This document shows positions 45,481 through 57,580 of a stretch of 64,000 nt of DNA, piece by piece. The position numbers were made by a program, and so were the translations under genes. The DNA is from Alphaproteobacteria bacterium (lineage in GTDB: Bacteria > Pseudomonadota > Alphaproteobacteria > UBA9219 > RFNS01), in assembly GCA_049653105.1 (NCBI GenBank), contig JBASFQ010000012.1:50356-114355 (forward strand). Direction: 5' to 3'. The first letter of the stretch is position 1. Each line of letters begins with the position of its first letter. The notes below the pieces were generated by a model. That model had not been told where the DNA came from, did no database searches, and was given only the letters and a program-made list of their open reading frames with translations.

Positions 45481-46934
45481 AAATTAAATGTTACGAACAG
45501 GCCGATTGTTGCCGCTTGCGCCTGAGCCATGATCGGTGCCGGCCAGAGGCCGAACAAAACGACATAAAGCGCCGCAACAGCCAGAACTGCGCGCAAGGGC
45601 CACTCGGAAACCGGGTCAACCGTCGTGTGCATATCATCAAAATACATAAGTTTGATGATCCGCAGATAATAGAAGCACGCCACGGCACTGGTCAGAACGC
45701 CGATGATCGCCAGAGTATAAAGCTTCGCATCAATAGCCGCCATAAAGACGTAGAATTTTCCATAAAACCCGGCCAATGGCGGCACCCCGGCCAGAGAAAA
45801 CATGAAGATGGTCATGGCCAGCGCCAGAAGTGGTCGCGATTGCGACAAGCCGGCCAGATCTTCTATCGTTTCGAGCATAGCACCCTTACGGCGCAAAGCG
45901 AGGATCACGCCGAAGACGCCCAGTGTATTCAGGAAATAAATCGCCAGATAGACCAGCATCCCTTGTACGCCGTTCTGGCTCCCCGCCGCCAAACCGACCA
46001 AAGCATAGCCAACATGGGCAATCGAACTGTAAGCCATCAGCCGCTTGAGATTACTTTGCATAATGGCCGCAAAACCGCCGATCAGCATCGAACCAAGCGC
46101 AACAACCATGATTAATTGCTGCCAATCCGCCTGCATGCCCTGTAACGGCCCAAAAAGAACCCGCGTCAACAACGCCAGCGCAGCCACCTTGGGCGCGGCC
46201 GCAAAGAAAGCGGTCACCGGTGTCGGCGCACCTTCATACACATCCGGCGTCCACATATGGAACGGAGCCGCTGAGACCTTAAACGCCAGCGCCGCCAACA
46301 CAAAGACCAGCGCCGTCATTGCCTCAAGAGGCGGCTTTCCAGACGCAAAGAATTTTTGCAACCCGTCAAAATCCAAGGTTCCCGACATCCCATAAAGCAG
46401 CGATGATCCAAACAGCAGCAAGCCGGACGACAACGCGCCCAGAACGAAATATTTCATACCCGCTTCGGCGGATTTGTTATCGTCGCGGTTAAATGTGGCC
46501 AGCACATAGAGCGCCAGACTTTGCAGTTCCAGCCCCATATAGAGTGCCAGAAGGTTATGCGCCGAGATCATCAGCATCATCCCCAGCGCGGCAAACAACA
46601 CCAGAACCGGGTACTCGAACAAGGCACGCTTCTTCGCCTTTAAATAAGGCCATGATAACATCAAGGTGATCAAGCTGGATGCCAGGACGATATATTTTGC
46701 GAAGCGCGAAAATCCGTCGTCAATAAACATTCCATTCAGGACAATGTGCCGCGACGGATCGATATTCCCTATGAACCCTCCGGCGACGGCCAATATCACG
46801 ACCGCAGCAACCATAACCATTAGGCCACCGTGTCTGCCACCGAACAGACCCGCGAGAATGGTAACAAGTATCCCCGCTACCAGATAAAGCTCTGGCCCCA
46901 GAGCGATCAACTGCTGCATCGCCGCATCTGTCAT
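45477..46934 (-). CDS. nuoN: NADH-quinone oxidoreductase subunit N
   Basis: 485 aa antiporter-like polytopic membrane protein. It is the last gene of the nuo operon, and birA follows with a 4-nt overlap. Confidence 0.92.
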   Translation of the reverse strand: MTDAAMQQLIALGPELYLVAGILVTILAGLFGGRHGGLMVMVAAVVILAVAGGFIGNIDPSRHIVLNGMFIDDGFSRFAKYIVLASSLITLMLSWPYLKAKKRALFEYPVLVLFAALGMMLMISAHNLLALYMGLELQSLALYVLATFNRDDNKSAEAGMKYFVLGALSSGLLLFGSSLLYGMSGTLDFDGLQKFFASGKPPLEAMTALVFVLAALAFKVSAAPFHMWTPDVYEGAPTPVTAFFAAAPKVAALALLTRVLFGPLQGMQADWQQLIMVVALGSMLIGGFAAIMQSNLKRLMAYSSIAHVGYALVGLAAGSQNGVQGMLVYLAIYFLNTLGVFGVILALRRKGAMLETIEDLAGLSQSRPLLALAMTIFMFSLAGVPPLAGFYGKFYVFMAAIDAKLYTLAIIGVLTSAVACFYYLRIIKLMYFDDMHTTVDPVSEWPLRAVLAVAALYVVLFGLWPAPIMAQAQAATIGLFVTFNL

Positions 46935-48433
46935 GGCCGCACCTCTTGCACGCTTGGAGCCGCCTGATACTCTCTAACCGCCTTGGCGATAGTCGGCCCC
47001 ATGATGTGCTTAATCTGCGCCGGGTAAATTCCCATCCACAGGATCAGAGCAATAAGAGGTATGAAGATAATATATTCACGGCATGTCAAATCGGACATTG
47101 CAGCCGCATCTTCATTGACGGATGGGCCATAAAACACCCGGCGGTAAAGCCACAGCATATAGGCAGCCCCCAGAACCGTTCCGACCGCCGCTAAAGCCGC
47201 CACATAGCCGTTGAACAAAAACGCGCCCTGCATACTTAGAAACTCTCCGATAAATCCGCTTGTTCCCGGCATCCCGATGCTGGCCAGCATAAAGATCATG
47301 AACACCATGGCATAGCGCGGCATATTGTTCGCCAATCCACCATAACGCCCGATTTCGCGCGTATGCAACCGGTCATAAACCACGCCAACGCACAGGAACA
47401 GCGCCCCAGACACAAGTGTATGCGACAGCATCACATACATTGCCCCTTCCAGACCCTGCACATTGCCGAGGAAAATTCCCAGTGTCACAAAGCCCATATG
47501 CGCGACCGAAGAATAGGCGATCAGCTTCTTCATATCGCTCTGCACCAAGGCCACCAGCGACGTATAAATGATGGCAACAACGCTCATGACCAGCACGAGC
47601 GGCATAAAGTAATGACTGGCGTCGGGCAACATTTGCATATTAACGCGGATCAGACCGTAACCGCCCATTTTCAGCAGCACGCCGGCCAGAATAACCGAGC
47701 CCGCCGTCGGAGCTTCGACGTGGGCATAGGGCAGCCAGGTATGAAAGGGCCACATCGGTGTCTTGACTGCAAAAGCGACAAAAAAGGCCAACCACAACCA
47801 TTGCGCCATTTCGACCGGATAGCCCTGTTTCATCAGCATGGTCATGTCTGCCGTTCCGGCATGCACGACCATGACGATCAGCGCCACCAGCATCAGCACC
47901 GATCCCACGAAGGTGTAGAGAAAGAATTTAAACGCGGCGTAAACCCGCCCCGCGCCACCCCATACGCCAACGATCAGGAACATGGGGATCAAAACGCCTT
48001 CAAAGAACACATAGAACAAAACAAAATCGAGCGCCGTAAACATCCCGATCATCATGGTCTCGAGAACGAGCATGGCGATCATAAATTCTCGGGTTCGTTT
48101 GGTGATGCCGCTGACGGCCGACAGGATGCAAATCGGCGTGAGGAACGTAGAAATCAGCACAAACCAGATCGAAATCCCATCCACGCCACGGAAATAGGAG
48201 ATCCCGAACTGCGGCATCCACTCAAAACGCTCAATTAACTGAAAACCCGTATTTTGTGGATCAAACCCTTCAAACATCGTCAAGGACAACAAGAAGGTTG
48301 TCAGTGACGTAATCATCGCGATCACTTGCGCGGGAACCGCCGTTTTCTTCTCTGTTCCATGCAGCAGAAAGAAAATCGCCAGCGCGCCGACCAGCGGCAT
48401 GAACGTTACGGTGCTGAGAATGGGCCAATTCAT
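46931..48433 (-). CDS. nuoM: NADH-quinone oxidoreductase subunit M
   Basis: 500 aa antiporter-like subunit. Confidence 0.93.
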   Translation of the reverse strand: MNWPILSTVTFMPLVGALAIFFLLHGTEKKTAVPAQVIAMITSLTTFLLSLTMFEGFDPQNTGFQLIERFEWMPQFGISYFRGVDGISIWFVLISTFLTPICILSAVSGITKRTREFMIAMLVLETMMIGMFTALDFVLFYVFFEGVLIPMFLIVGVWGGAGRVYAAFKFFLYTFVGSVLMLVALIVMVVHAGTADMTMLMKQGYPVEMAQWLWLAFFVAFAVKTPMWPFHTWLPYAHVEAPTAGSVILAGVLLKMGGYGLIRVNMQMLPDASHYFMPLVLVMSVVAIIYTSLVALVQSDMKKLIAYSSVAHMGFVTLGIFLGNVQGLEGAMYVMLSHTLVSGALFLCVGVVYDRLHTREIGRYGGLANNMPRYAMVFMIFMLASIGMPGTSGFIGEFLSMQGAFLFNGYVAALAAVGTVLGAAYMLWLYRRVFYGPSVNEDAAAMSDLTCREYIIFIPLIALILWMGIYPAQIKHIMGPTIAKAVREYQAAPSVQEVRP

Positions 48434-48436
48434 TGC

Positions 48437-50401
48437 TTATCCCTTAAACCAGAACCAGGTCATGAATACGGCCACCCCGATGACCATCGCGAAGGCGTAA
48501 TGATAAATCATCCCGGTCTGCAGTGTTGTGGCGCGCCCCGCAATTTTTTGAGCCAGCGCAGCAACGCCATCTGGCCCGACTCCATCGATGACCTTGTCGT
48601 CGCCCCAGCGCCAGAAAAGCCCACCAGCGCGACGCGCGGTACGTACAAAGAGGAAATCATAGATTTCGTCGATGTAATATTTGTTGAACATCAGCCGGTA
48701 GACAAAGCCTCCTGCCCGCGCGCAGGCTCCCGGCAATGCCGGGAACAGCGTATAGGCAAGATAGGCCAGAAGAATGCCAGAGACTGCCGCCACCAAGGGT
48801 GCCAGTTTCACCCAAGTCTCCACATGATGCGCCAAGGCGACGGTATCATGTTCCGGAAGTACCATGAGGGCAGCCCCCCAGAAATGTGCCTTCTCCTCAC
48901 CAACAAACCAGTCGTACGCGAAATAACCCGCCACAACTGCGCCGATCGCAAGCGGCAACAACGGAAGCAGCATCACCCACGGCGATTCATGAACATGCTC
49001 CTGCGTATGATGATCCGCCCGGCTTTCGCCATGGAAAGTCAGGATCAGCAGACGCCATGAATAAAATGCGGTCAAGAACGCCGTGGCGATGCCCAACCAA
49101 TAGGCCATGTATCCATGCCCACTGGCGCTGGCCCAGGCAGATTCGAGGATGACATCCTTGGAATAATAACCGGCGAACCCGAAAACACCGTAGATACCGA
49201 TCCCCGCCAGCGCGAGTGAACCAATCCACATCAAGGCATAGGTTTTTGGAATCTTGCGCCAGAGGCCGCCCATCTTTCGCATATCTTGCTCACCAGACAT
49301 GGCGTGAATGACCGATCCGGCCCCCAAAAACAGCAGTGCTTTAAAAAAGGCATGCGTCATTAAATGGAACATGGCGGCGGAGTAAGCCGAAACGCCCAAC
49401 GCAAAAAACATATAACCGAGCTGACTCATCGTCGAATAGGCGATGACGCGCTTGATATCAAACTGCGTCAAACCGATGGTCGCCGCGATAAAGGCCGTCA
49501 AGGCACCGAGGATGCAAACCACTTCGCGCGCCAGCGGCGCATATTCAAACAAAGGCGACAAACGTGCCACCATGAACACGCCCGCCGTGACCATTGTCGC
49601 CGCATGAATCAAGGCAGAAACAGGGGTCGGTCCTTCCATGGCATCGGGCAGCCACGTATGCAGCCCCAGTTGCGCCGATTTTCCCATCGCGCCGACAAAG
49701 AGCAATAAACAGACGGCATCCAAAACGCCAATTGCCCCGAAAGGAGTCATCAGATGATTGACCGGGTCGGCCAACGGTGGTGCAGCAGCAAAGATCGCGT
49801 CAAACTGCACTGAACCAAGATAGAGAAAACTGGCCATAATCCCCAAGGCGAAGCCGAAATCCCCGACCCGGTTGACGATAAAGGCCTTGATAGCGGCACG
49901 GTTGGCGCTGTCTTTCTCATACCAGAAATTGATCAATAGATAGGAGGCCAGTCCCACGCCTTCCCAGCCGAAGAACATCTGCAGCAGGTTGTCCGCCGTC
50001 ACCAGCATCAACATAAAGAAAGTGAACAGGCTCAGATAAGCCATGAATCGCGACACGCTTTTGTCATGGTGCATATAGCCAATAGAATAGACATGCACCA
50101 TCGCCGATACGCCATTAACAACCACCAGCATGACCGCCGTTAAACTATCGACCCGCAACGCCCAATTGACCTTGAAATCACCGGAGTTGATCCATTCCAG
50201 CAGATGGATGGTCTGTGCGTGTCCTTCCAGCGCAACATCATTGAAAATGAATACTGAATATCCCGCCGCGACCAGCACAAACAGGCTGGTCAGCCATGCC
50301 GATACGGTATCACCAAGGCTGCGCCCAAAAAACCCTGCAACGATCGCGCCCGCAAGCGGCAGGAAAACAGCGGCAAAAATACTGCACGCGCCCAAATCCA
50401 T
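48437..50401 (-). CDS. nuoL: NADH-quinone oxidoreductase subunit L
   Basis: 654 aa antiporter-like subunit with a C-terminal long-helix extension. Confidence 0.93.
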   Translation of the reverse strand: MDLGACSIFAAVFLPLAGAIVAGFFGRSLGDTVSAWLTSLFVLVAAGYSVFIFNDVALEGHAQTIHLLEWINSGDFKVNWALRVDSLTAVMLVVVNGVSAMVHVYSIGYMHHDKSVSRFMAYLSLFTFFMLMLVTADNLLQMFFGWEGVGLASYLLINFWYEKDSANRAAIKAFIVNRVGDFGFALGIMASFLYLGSVQFDAIFAAAPPLADPVNHLMTPFGAIGVLDAVCLLLFVGAMGKSAQLGLHTWLPDAMEGPTPVSALIHAATMVTAGVFMVARLSPLFEYAPLAREVVCILGALTAFIAATIGLTQFDIKRVIAYSTMSQLGYMFFALGVSAYSAAMFHLMTHAFFKALLFLGAGSVIHAMSGEQDMRKMGGLWRKIPKTYALMWIGSLALAGIGIYGVFGFAGYYSKDVILESAWASASGHGYMAYWLGIATAFLTAFYSWRLLILTFHGESRADHHTQEHVHESPWVMLLPLLPLAIGAVVAGYFAYDWFVGEEKAHFWGAALMVLPEHDTVALAHHVETWVKLAPLVAAVSGILLAYLAYTLFPALPGACARAGGFVYRLMFNKYYIDEIYDFLFVRTARRAGGLFWRWGDDKVIDGVGPDGVAALAQKIAGRATTLQTGMIYHYAFAMVIGVAVFMTWFWFKG

Positions 50402-50405
50402 GCGC

Positions 50406-50732
50406 CTACCCTTTCATCTGATTCATGTCGTCAACGGCGATGGTACTGCGATTGCGGAAATAGACCACCAGAATGGCCAGGCCGATAGCCGCCTCTGCAG
50501 CCGCGACGGTCAGGACGAACATGGTGAACACTTGTCCCGCGATGTCGTGCAGATATGATGAGAACGCCACAAAGTTGATGTTGACCGCCAACAGGATCAA
50601 TTCGATGCACATCAAAAGCACAATGACATTTTTTCGGTTCACGAAAATACCGAACACACCGATGGTAAACACCAGGGAAGCAACAATCAGGTAATGGTTG
50701 ACCGTCAAGGGGCCTAATATCTCAGCCATCAT
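50406..50732 (-). CDS. nuoK: NADH-quinone oxidoreductase subunit K
   Basis: About 102-108 aa with three TM helices ([19 protein letters not shown]). Confidence 0.9.
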   Translation of the reverse strand: MMAEILGPLTVNHYLIVASLVFTIGVFGIFVNRKNVIVLLMCIELILLAVNINFVAFSSYLHDIAGQVFTMFVLTVAAAEAAIGLAILVVYFRNRSTIAVDDMNQMKG

Positions 50733-51322
50733 TCTACTCCTTGCCCGGACGGGATTTTTACAACCCGCACCACGTCCTGGCGACGGCGGCCAAGCTGCTT
50801 GGCATAATCCTGGCGTTTTGCATCTGGCTTGTGCCGCAGGGTCAGGACAATCGCCCCGATCATCGCCAGCAGCAAGATCATGCCTGAGATCTGGAACGGA
50901 TAGATATAATCCGTGTACAGCACCATGCCGATGGCACGCGTATTATCGCCTTGTGGAACCATCGATGGCGCCGCAGAGCCAAAAGCGCCGCTCACTTGAA
51001 AAAAGGCTAATTCAGCAAAAAATACCAGCGCTACGGCGATGCCCAGCGGAAGATGCTGCGTCAATCCGCGCTTCAGATTGCTGAAACCGATATCCAGCAT
51101 CATGACGACGAACAGGAACAACACCGCCACTGCGCCGACATAAACGATAACCAGGATCATCGCCAGGAACTCAGCCCCCAGCAGTATGAACAACCCCGCC
51201 GCGTTAAAAAAACACAAAATCAGAAACAGCACCGCATGCACAGGATTGCGCGCCAAAACGACCATCAGCGCGCTAACGATCAGCACACCGGAGAACATGA
51301 AGAAGGTCAAAGTTTCAAGCAT
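50729..51322 (-). CDS. nuoJ: NADH-quinone oxidoreductase subunit J
   Basis: 197 aa membrane subunit. Confidence 0.88.
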   Translation of the reverse strand: MLETLTFFMFSGVLIVSALMVVLARNPVHAVLFLILCFFNAAGLFILLGAEFLAMILVIVYVGAVAVLFLFVVMMLDIGFSNLKRGLTQHLPLGIAVALVFFAELAFFQVSGAFGSAAPSMVPQGDNTRAIGMVLYTDYIYPFQISGMILLLAMIGAIVLTLRHKPDAKRQDYAKQLGRRRQDVVRVVKIPSGQGVE

Positions 51323-51351
51323 CGCATTGAACCTGGTGAGGTGGCGTTTTA

Positions 51352-51837
51352 CTACCGGTAAGGCGCGTCGGACGCAAGGTTGGCCGCAATTGCAGCCTCC
51401 CAGCGGTCACCGTTAGCCAGCAGTTTTTCTTTATTGTAAAGCAGTTCTTCATGGGTCTCTGTGGCGAATTCAAAATTCGGCCCCTCGACAATAGCATCGA
51501 CAGGACAGGCTTCCTGACACAAACCGCAGTAAATGCACTTTGTCATGTCGATGTCATAACGGGTCGTGCGACGACTGCCGTCTTGCCGCGGTTCAGCCTC
51601 AATGGTGATGGCCTGCGCGGGACAGATGGCTTCGCACAACTTACAGGCGATGCAGCGTTCTTCGCCCGATGCATAACGGCGCAGGGCATGCTCACCCCGG
51701 AAACGCGGGCTTAACGGCCCCTTTTCATAAGGGTAGTTTACCGTCACGCGCCGTTTAAACATATAGGACATGGTCAGCCATAATCCCTGGATGATTTCAG
51801 CCAGTAACAGTCGCCTTGTGCCTTCAAGCAACGCCAT
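51352..51837 (-). CDS. nuoI: NADH-quinone oxidoreductase subunit I (2x[4Fe-4S] ferredoxin)
   Basis: The ORF extends to 51897, but the canonical start ([19 protein letters not shown]) lies 2 nt after the nuoH stop. Two CxxCxxCxxxCP motifs are present. Confidence 0.92.
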   Translation of the reverse strand: MALLEGTRRLLLAEIIQGLWLTMSYMFKRRVTVNYPYEKGPLSPRFRGEHALRRYASGEERCIACKLCEAICPAQAITIEAEPRQDGSRRTTRYDIDMTKCIYCGLCQEACPVDAIVEGPNFEFATETHEELLYNKEKLLANGDRWEAAIAANLASDAPYR

Positions 51838-51839
51838 CT

Positions 51840-52919
51840 TCAACCTCTGGGTAATTGCCCGGTTAGCATCAGGAAACCGGAAATAACGACGATCCACAGC
51901 AGCGATACCGGCAAGAAGAATTTCCAGCCGATCCGCATCAGTTGGTCATAACGATAGCGCGGCAAGGCGGCACGCACCCATAAGAACACGAACAAGACGC
52001 AACAAATCTTCAGAATGAACCACACGGCGTTGCCATAATCCCCTAGATCCAGGAACTTAAAAAAATTCAAAGATTGCAGGGGGGGCAGCCATCCGCCTAG
52101 AAACAGAATTGTCGTCGTCGCGCTCAACAAAATCATATTGGCGTATTCGCCCAGAAAGAACAGCGCGAAACTCATCGAGGAATATTCGGTATTAAATCCG
52201 CCGACCAGCTCGGATTCGCCTTCCGGAAGGTCAAAAGGATGCCGATTGGTCTCGGCCAGTGCCGAGATAAAAAACACGACGAACATCGGCAGCAGCAAAG
52301 GCAGGCCAACCGGCCAGCCCTCAGGCGTAAATAGTTTGAACGCAAACCAGCCGTCACGTTGCGCCAGCACGATCTGGCTAAGATTCAGTGAGCCAGCACA
52401 CAGCAGCACCGTAATAATCACCAGGCCGATAGAGACTTCATAAGATACCATCTGCGCCGCAGACCGCAGACCGCCGAGGAAGGAATATTTTGAATTCGAC
52501 GCCCAACCGGCGATGATAATGCCGTAAATTCCCAGTGACGAAATCGCCAGCAAGTAAAGAATACCGACATTAAGGTCGGCCAGGACGAGCTTTGCCTCAA
52601 AAGGAATAACAGCCCACGCGCATAGCGCCAGAAAGAATGTCATCATCGGCGCACCGAGAAACAAGATTTTGTTCGCACCGGTCGGAATGATTGTTTCCTT
52701 GGCAAGAAGTTTGATGCCATCGGCTATCGGCTGCAATAGCCCAATCGGCCCGACGACGTTCGGCCCCTTACGCAACTGCATTGCCGCCAGAACCTTTCGT
52801 TCCGCCAGCGTCAGATAGGCCACACCGCCCAGAACTACGGCAATGATGAGGGCGATATTGATAACCGTCCACAAGAGTGGGGGGATCATATCCAGAATAT
52901 ATTGTAGATTCTCCATCAT
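51840..52919 (-). CDS. nuoH: NADH-quinone oxidoreductase subunit H
   Basis: 359 aa polytopic subunit of the ND1 family. Confidence 0.93.
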   Translation of the reverse strand: MMENLQYILDMIPPLLWTVINIALIIAVVLGGVAYLTLAERKVLAAMQLRKGPNVVGPIGLLQPIADGIKLLAKETIIPTGANKILFLGAPMMTFFLALCAWAVIPFEAKLVLADLNVGILYLLAISSLGIYGIIIAGWASNSKYSFLGGLRSAAQMVSYEVSIGLVIITVLLCAGSLNLSQIVLAQRDGWFAFKLFTPEGWPVGLPLLLPMFVVFFISALAETNRHPFDLPEGESELVGGFNTEYSSMSFALFFLGEYANMILLSATTTILFLGGWLPPLQSLNFFKFLDLGDYGNAVWFILKICCVLFVFLWVRAALPRYRYDQLMRIGWKFFLPVSLLWIVVISGFLMLTGQLPRG

Positions 52920-52923
52920 GCCC

Positions 52924-54987
52924 CTACTCCGCCGCCTGCGGTACCGTCAGCGGCAAAATCTGTTCCACGCACTTCTCCATCGTCGGCGAGGCGCGGCAAA
53001 TGGAGTTCGTCATATAGAAATTCGCAATCGGCAAGGTAAAGGGCGCAGGGTTGACCGTGCCATCATTACCGAAGATTCCCCAAGGCGCCGGAGTGATGGT
53101 GTCAATCTTGCGCCAGAACGGAGCCGTCGCCGTCATCTTTGCCTGCAACTCATGCTGGGTATCGTAACTGGGTTTCTTTCCCAGAAACTCTGCCAGCGCC
53201 CGGATGATTTTCCAGTCCTCCCGCGCCTCACCAGGCGGGAAAACGGCCTGTCGCGCCAATTGCGGACGTCCTTCGGTATTGACGTAGATGGCAGTTTTTT
53301 CGGTATAGGCCGCTCCCGGCAAGATCACGTCGGCGCGATGCGCACCGCGGTCGCCATGATGCCCCTGATAAATCACAAAAGCGTTACCCAACTTGGTCAC
53401 ATCGACTTCATCGGCGCCCAGAAGATACAGAACTTCAATCTTGCCGCTCCCGGCTGCGGAAACAATTTGTGCCGTCGGCATACCACCGGCGGATTGCGGC
53501 ACGAAGCCGAGATCAAGCGCACCGACGCGTGACGCCGCGTTTTGCAAAACATTAAATCCGTTCCAGGTCGGCTGGATCATATTAAATTTCTCGGCGACCT
53601 TGCGGGCCAGAGCTTGAATCGCCGCGCCATCGATCCGCGCCAGCGCCCCAGCTCCCAAAATCAGCATCGGTTGCTTCGCCTTGGCCAACAAAGCGGCAAA
53701 CTCGCCCTTTCCTGCCAGAAGATCGTGCAGCGCCGCCGGACCTTCGCCCAGATGCCGGTGCGGATAGCCCAAATCGACCTTGGATCCGATAGATCCGACC
53801 CGCATCCCGCCTTGTAACCAGCGTTTGCGGATGCGCGCATTCACCAGTGTCCCCTCGTGTCGCGGATTTGTGCCGATCAGCAAGATGCAGTCCGACTGTT
53901 CGATTCCCGCGATCCGGCTGTTCATGATATAGCCGGAACGTTGTGAAACATCATAAGTCGCGCCATCCTGACGGCAGTCAAGATGCGGCGACCCCAGCGC
54001 TATCATCAGTTCCTTCAACGCAAAGAGGCTATCACAATCGGCCAGATCGCCTGCCAAAGCGGCGATTTTTTGCCCCGGCACACGATTCAAACGCAGCGCA
54101 ATCGCGGTGAATGCCTCTTCCCATGTCGAAGGCCGTAATTTTCCGTCACCGCGCCGAACATAGGGACGATCCAGCCGCTGTTTCATCAAGCCGTCACAAG
54201 AAAAACGCGTTTTGTCGTTAATCCATGCCTCGTTCACATCTTCGTTTAAACGCGGCAGAATCCGCAGCACCTCGTTGCCGCGCGCGTCAATGCGAATATT
54301 GCAGCCGACAGCATCCATCACATCGATACTCTCGGTCTTTTGTAATTCCCAAGGCCGCGCCACGAAAGCATAAGGCTTGCTGGTCAAGGCACCGACGGGA
54401 CAGACATCAATCAGGTTGCCTGACAACTCCGAACTCAGTGACCGCGTAATATAAGTATCAATCTCCAGATGATCACTGCGGTTCATGCCCCCCAGTTCTG
54501 GCGTTCCGCAAATTTCATCAACAAAACGTATACAGCGCGTGCACTGGATACAGCGCGTCATGACCGTCTTTACCAATGGACCAAGTTCGAGATCCGCCAC
54601 AGCGCGCTTGGATTCTTCATATTTGCCCCGGTCAAAGCCAAAAGCGACGGCTTGATCCTGCAAATCGCACTCACCACCTTGATCGCAGATCGGGCAATCC
54701 AGCGGATGATTAATGAGCAACATTTCCATTACATTCGCGCGCGCCTTCTTGACGACTTCGCTCGCGGTACGCACCACCATTCCTTCGCCGCATGGCAGGG
54801 CACAGCTGGCCTGTGGTTTTGGTGTCTTTTCGACTTCCACCAGACACATGCGACAATTCGCCGGCACGCTCAATTTGTCGTGATAGCAAAAACGCGGCAC
54901 TTCGAGTCCCATCTGCTCGCAAGCCTGCAACACGCTCGTGCCGGGGGCGACTTCGATAGGCGTACCGTTGATGGTCAGTTTAGGCAT
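52924..54987 (-). CDS. nuoG: NADH-quinone oxidoreductase subunit G
   Basis: 687 aa with N-terminal 2Fe-2S and 4Fe-4S cysteine clusters and a molybdopterin-like C-terminal domain. Confidence 0.93.
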   Translation of the reverse strand: MPKLTINGTPIEVAPGTSVLQACEQMGLEVPRFCYHDKLSVPANCRMCLVEVEKTPKPQASCALPCGEGMVVRTASEVVKKARANVMEMLLINHPLDCPICDQGGECDLQDQAVAFGFDRGKYEESKRAVADLELGPLVKTVMTRCIQCTRCIRFVDEICGTPELGGMNRSDHLEIDTYITRSLSSELSGNLIDVCPVGALTSKPYAFVARPWELQKTESIDVMDAVGCNIRIDARGNEVLRILPRLNEDVNEAWINDKTRFSCDGLMKQRLDRPYVRRGDGKLRPSTWEEAFTAIALRLNRVPGQKIAALAGDLADCDSLFALKELMIALGSPHLDCRQDGATYDVSQRSGYIMNSRIAGIEQSDCILLIGTNPRHEGTLVNARIRKRWLQGGMRVGSIGSKVDLGYPHRHLGEGPAALHDLLAGKGEFAALLAKAKQPMLILGAGALARIDGAAIQALARKVAEKFNMIQPTWNGFNVLQNAASRVGALDLGFVPQSAGGMPTAQIVSAAGSGKIEVLYLLGADEVDVTKLGNAFVIYQGHHGDRGAHRADVILPGAAYTEKTAIYVNTEGRPQLARQAVFPPGEAREDWKIIRALAEFLGKKPSYDTQHELQAKMTATAPFWRKIDTITPAPWGIFGNDGTVNPAPFTLPIANFYMTNSICRASPTMEKCVEQILPLTVPQAAE

Positions 54988-54994
54988 TCATTCC

Positions 54995-56275
54995 TCACGC
55001 CGCCCGTTTGCGATATTCATTGATCCGCGCTTCCATCATCGGCCGAAAATGTCGGATCAGACCCTGGATCGGCCAGCCGCTCGCATCCCCATGCGCGCAG
55101 ATGGTATGACCTTCGATCTGCCGGGTGACTTCCAGCAACCCATCGATTTCTTCAATTGTCGCGTTGCCTTTGACCATCCGTTGCATCACGCGCCACAACC
55201 AGCCCGTACCTTCGCGGCATGGTGTGCATTGGCCGCAGCTCTCGTGCATGTAAAAATGGCTCAAGCGCGCGATGGCATAGATCAGATCCGTGGATTTATC
55301 CATCACGATCAACCCCGCCGTGCCCAACCCCGTTTTGACAGCCTTCAGACTGTCAAAATCCATCAGCACGGTGTCGCATATCTCGCGCGGCAGTAACGGC
55401 GTGGACGAACCGCCCGGAATAACGGCCAGAAGATTGTTCCAACCGCCACGAACGCCCCCGGCATGTTTCTCAATCAAATCCTTCATCGGGATGCCCATCA
55501 CTTCCTCGACGTTGCAAGGCTGATTGACGTGCCCGGAAATGCAGAAAATCTTTGTGCCGGTATTGTTGGGGCGCCCCAACGCCGCGAACCATGCCGATCC
55601 GCGGCGCAGAATATCCGGGACGACGGCGATTGTTTCAACATTGTTGACGGTCGTGGGGCAGGCATACAGCCCTGCTCCGGCCGGAAACGGGGGCTTATTG
55701 CGCGGCTGTCCCTTTTTGCCTTCAAGGCTTTCCAGCAAAGCGGATTCTTCACCGCAAATATAGGCTCCTGCCCCACGGTGCAGATAGACATCCATATCCC
55801 AGCCCGAACCTGCCGCATTTTTGCCCAGCAAGCCGACGGCATAAGCCTCATCAATGGCGCGTTGAATGTGGGAGGCTTCGTTGTAAAACTCGCCGCGAAT
55901 ATAAATGTATGAAGCATGCGCGCCGATGGCAAACCCGGAGATGAGTATTCCTTCCAGCAGTCGATGCGGATCAAACCGCACAATGTCACGATCCTTGCAT
56001 GTCCCCGGTTCAGACTCATCGGCGTTGACAACAAGATAGTTGGGACGTCCGTCTTTGGATTCTTTGGGCATGAACGACCATTTCATGCCGGTTGAAAATC
56101 CCGCGCCGCCGCGTCCCCGCAAACCGGAATTTTTGACTTCCTCGATAATCTTGTCGCGCCCCAACGCCAGAATCGCGGCAGTATTATCCCAAATGCCACG
56201 CTTCCGAGCCCCGTCCAATTGCCAGGACTCGAAGCCGTAAAGATTGGTGAAGATACGGTCTTTATCGTCAAGCAT
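54995..56275 (-). CDS. nuoF: NADH-quinone oxidoreductase subunit F
   Basis: The ORF extends to 56347; the canonical start [14 protein letters not shown] is at 56275. FMN/NADH motifs ([10 protein letters not shown]) and the 4Fe-4S motif [10 protein letters not shown] are present. Confidence 0.93.
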   Translation of the reverse strand: MLDDKDRIFTNLYGFESWQLDGARKRGIWDNTAAILALGRDKIIEEVKNSGLRGRGGAGFSTGMKWSFMPKESKDGRPNYLVVNADESEPGTCKDRDIVRFDPHRLLEGILISGFAIGAHASYIYIRGEFYNEASHIQRAIDEAYAVGLLGKNAAGSGWDMDVYLHRGAGAYICGEESALLESLEGKKGQPRNKPPFPAGAGLYACPTTVNNVETIAVVPDILRRGSAWFAALGRPNNTGTKIFCISGHVNQPCNVEEVMGIPMKDLIEKHAGGVRGGWNNLLAVIPGGSSTPLLPREICDTVLMDFDSLKAVKTGLGTAGLIVMDKSTDLIYAIARLSHFYMHESCGQCTPCREGTGWLWRVMQRMVKGNATIEEIDGLLEVTRQIEGHTICAHGDASGWPIQGLIRHFRPMMEARINEYRKRAA

Positions 56276-56283
56276 CGCGCATA

Positions 56284-56925
56284 CTACCTGTAAATCCAGA
56301 TCATGCTGGTAAAGCCGCTGCACACACCACCAGTGTGCGTCGCACAATTGACCGAGGAGCAGGTTCCTTTCAACGCCTCTTTCTTACATTCACCTTCCGA
56401 CGTCCAAACCTTGCCACGCAACAATTGCTCCGGATCAGTCGCCGGTCGCGCACGCTCTGGGCGTGATGGGCGGGCAGCATCAGGTGTCTTGGCCTGATTC
56501 TTGCCACCGAAAATTTTCGCGAAGAAACCGCCGCCTTCCTTGGCACTTTCCTGAGAACTTTCCTGTACCGGCACCGGTGGAGGCGCAATCTCGGCTGCCT
56601 TCGGCTGACCTGCTGTCTGGGGCTGTGCCCCTTCCTCAGACGTTTTGGACTGAGTCGGAGCGTCCATTTCCTTGGTGGCTGGAGTTGCAGCAGCCGGCAT
56701 GGCCTTAATCTTTGGCGCCGGTACAGCAGCCTGCGGCTTCACGGTCGGCTTCTTTACGCTCTTCTCTGCAATCGGCATCCAGGTCTTTGCGCTGTCGATA
56801 ACGCATTCGCGGCGTGTCGCGGTTTCGCAGTCATTTTGCGTTTTCCATTTTTGCGGCTCTGCAGCATCAGCGCCCTGGCATACGAGAAGTGCCAAGGCAG
56901 AAAGAAGCGTGATTCTCCGGGTCAT
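56284..56925 (-). CDS. Secreted Pro/Ala/Lys-rich, Cys-containing hypothetical protein inserted between nuoE and nuoF
   Basis: Start chosen at the signal peptide [21 protein letters not shown]; the ORF as drawn extends to 56970. It has Cys pairs at both ends and a low-complexity centre. Confidence 0.45.
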   Translation of the reverse strand: MTRRITLLSALALLVCQGADAAEPQKWKTQNDCETATRRECVIDSAKTWMPIAEKSVKKPTVKPQAAVPAPKIKAMPAAATPATKEMDAPTQSKTSEEGAQPQTAGQPKAAEIAPPPVPVQESSQESAKEGGGFFAKIFGGKNQAKTPDAARPSRPERARPATDPEQLLRGKVWTSEGECKKEALKGTCSSVNCATHTGGVCSGFTSMIWIYR

Positions 56926-56974
56926 TGTCCACCCCCATCCTGGTCTGTCATATGAATATTGATTGCACACATGA

Positions 56975-57580
56975 TTATGCCTTCTTGTTTTTCAGACTTG
57001 TCGAGCCGGCCTGTGCACAGGAACCGCGCCTGCCCGTCAGCGAGCCCGGCGCCGGCTTTTTCCCGGCAGCAAGATCGTTGATCAGTTTTTCCATTGCCGC
57101 AGCGTCCAGGTCTTCATAATAATCGTCATTAATTTGCACCATCGGCGCATTAACGCATGCTCCCAGACACTCAACTTCAATCATTGAGAACTTTCCGTCA
57201 GGCGTCGTCTGTCCATGACCGATCCCCAATTTTTCACGACACACATGCTTGAGCGCATCCGAGCCGCGCAACCAGCACGGCGTGGTCGTGCAGAGTTGAA
57301 TGTAGTTTTCACCAACGGGCTGGCGGTTGAACATGGTGTAAAATGTCGCAACTTCATAAGCGCGAATGCGCGGCGTTTCCAACATATCGGCAACATAGTC
57401 CATTGCCGCACGCGGCAGCCAATTATTGTGTTGCGCCTGCGCCAGTTGCAGCAAAGGGATTAAAGCGCTTTGCGCCCGGCCTTCGGGATATCTGGCAATA
57501 ATCGCCTTGGCCTTGGCCAGATTCCCCGGCGTAAAGGCAAAGGCTTTCGGTTGTTCTATGGCAGCAGCGTTCGCGCTCAT
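56975..57580 (-). CDS. nuoE: NADH-quinone oxidoreductase subunit E (thioredoxin-like 2Fe-2S)
   Basis: 201 aa with the four-Cys pattern (CTTTPC...CLGACVNAP). Confidence 0.92.
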   Translation of the reverse strand: MSANAAAIEQPKAFAFTPGNLAKAKAIIARYPEGRAQSALIPLLQLAQAQHNNWLPRAAMDYVADMLETPRIRAYEVATFYTMFNRQPVGENYIQLCTTTPCWLRGSDALKHVCREKLGIGHGQTTPDGKFSMIEVECLGACVNAPMVQINDDYYEDLDAAAMEKLINDLAAGKKPAPGSLTGRRGSCAQAGSTSLKNKKA

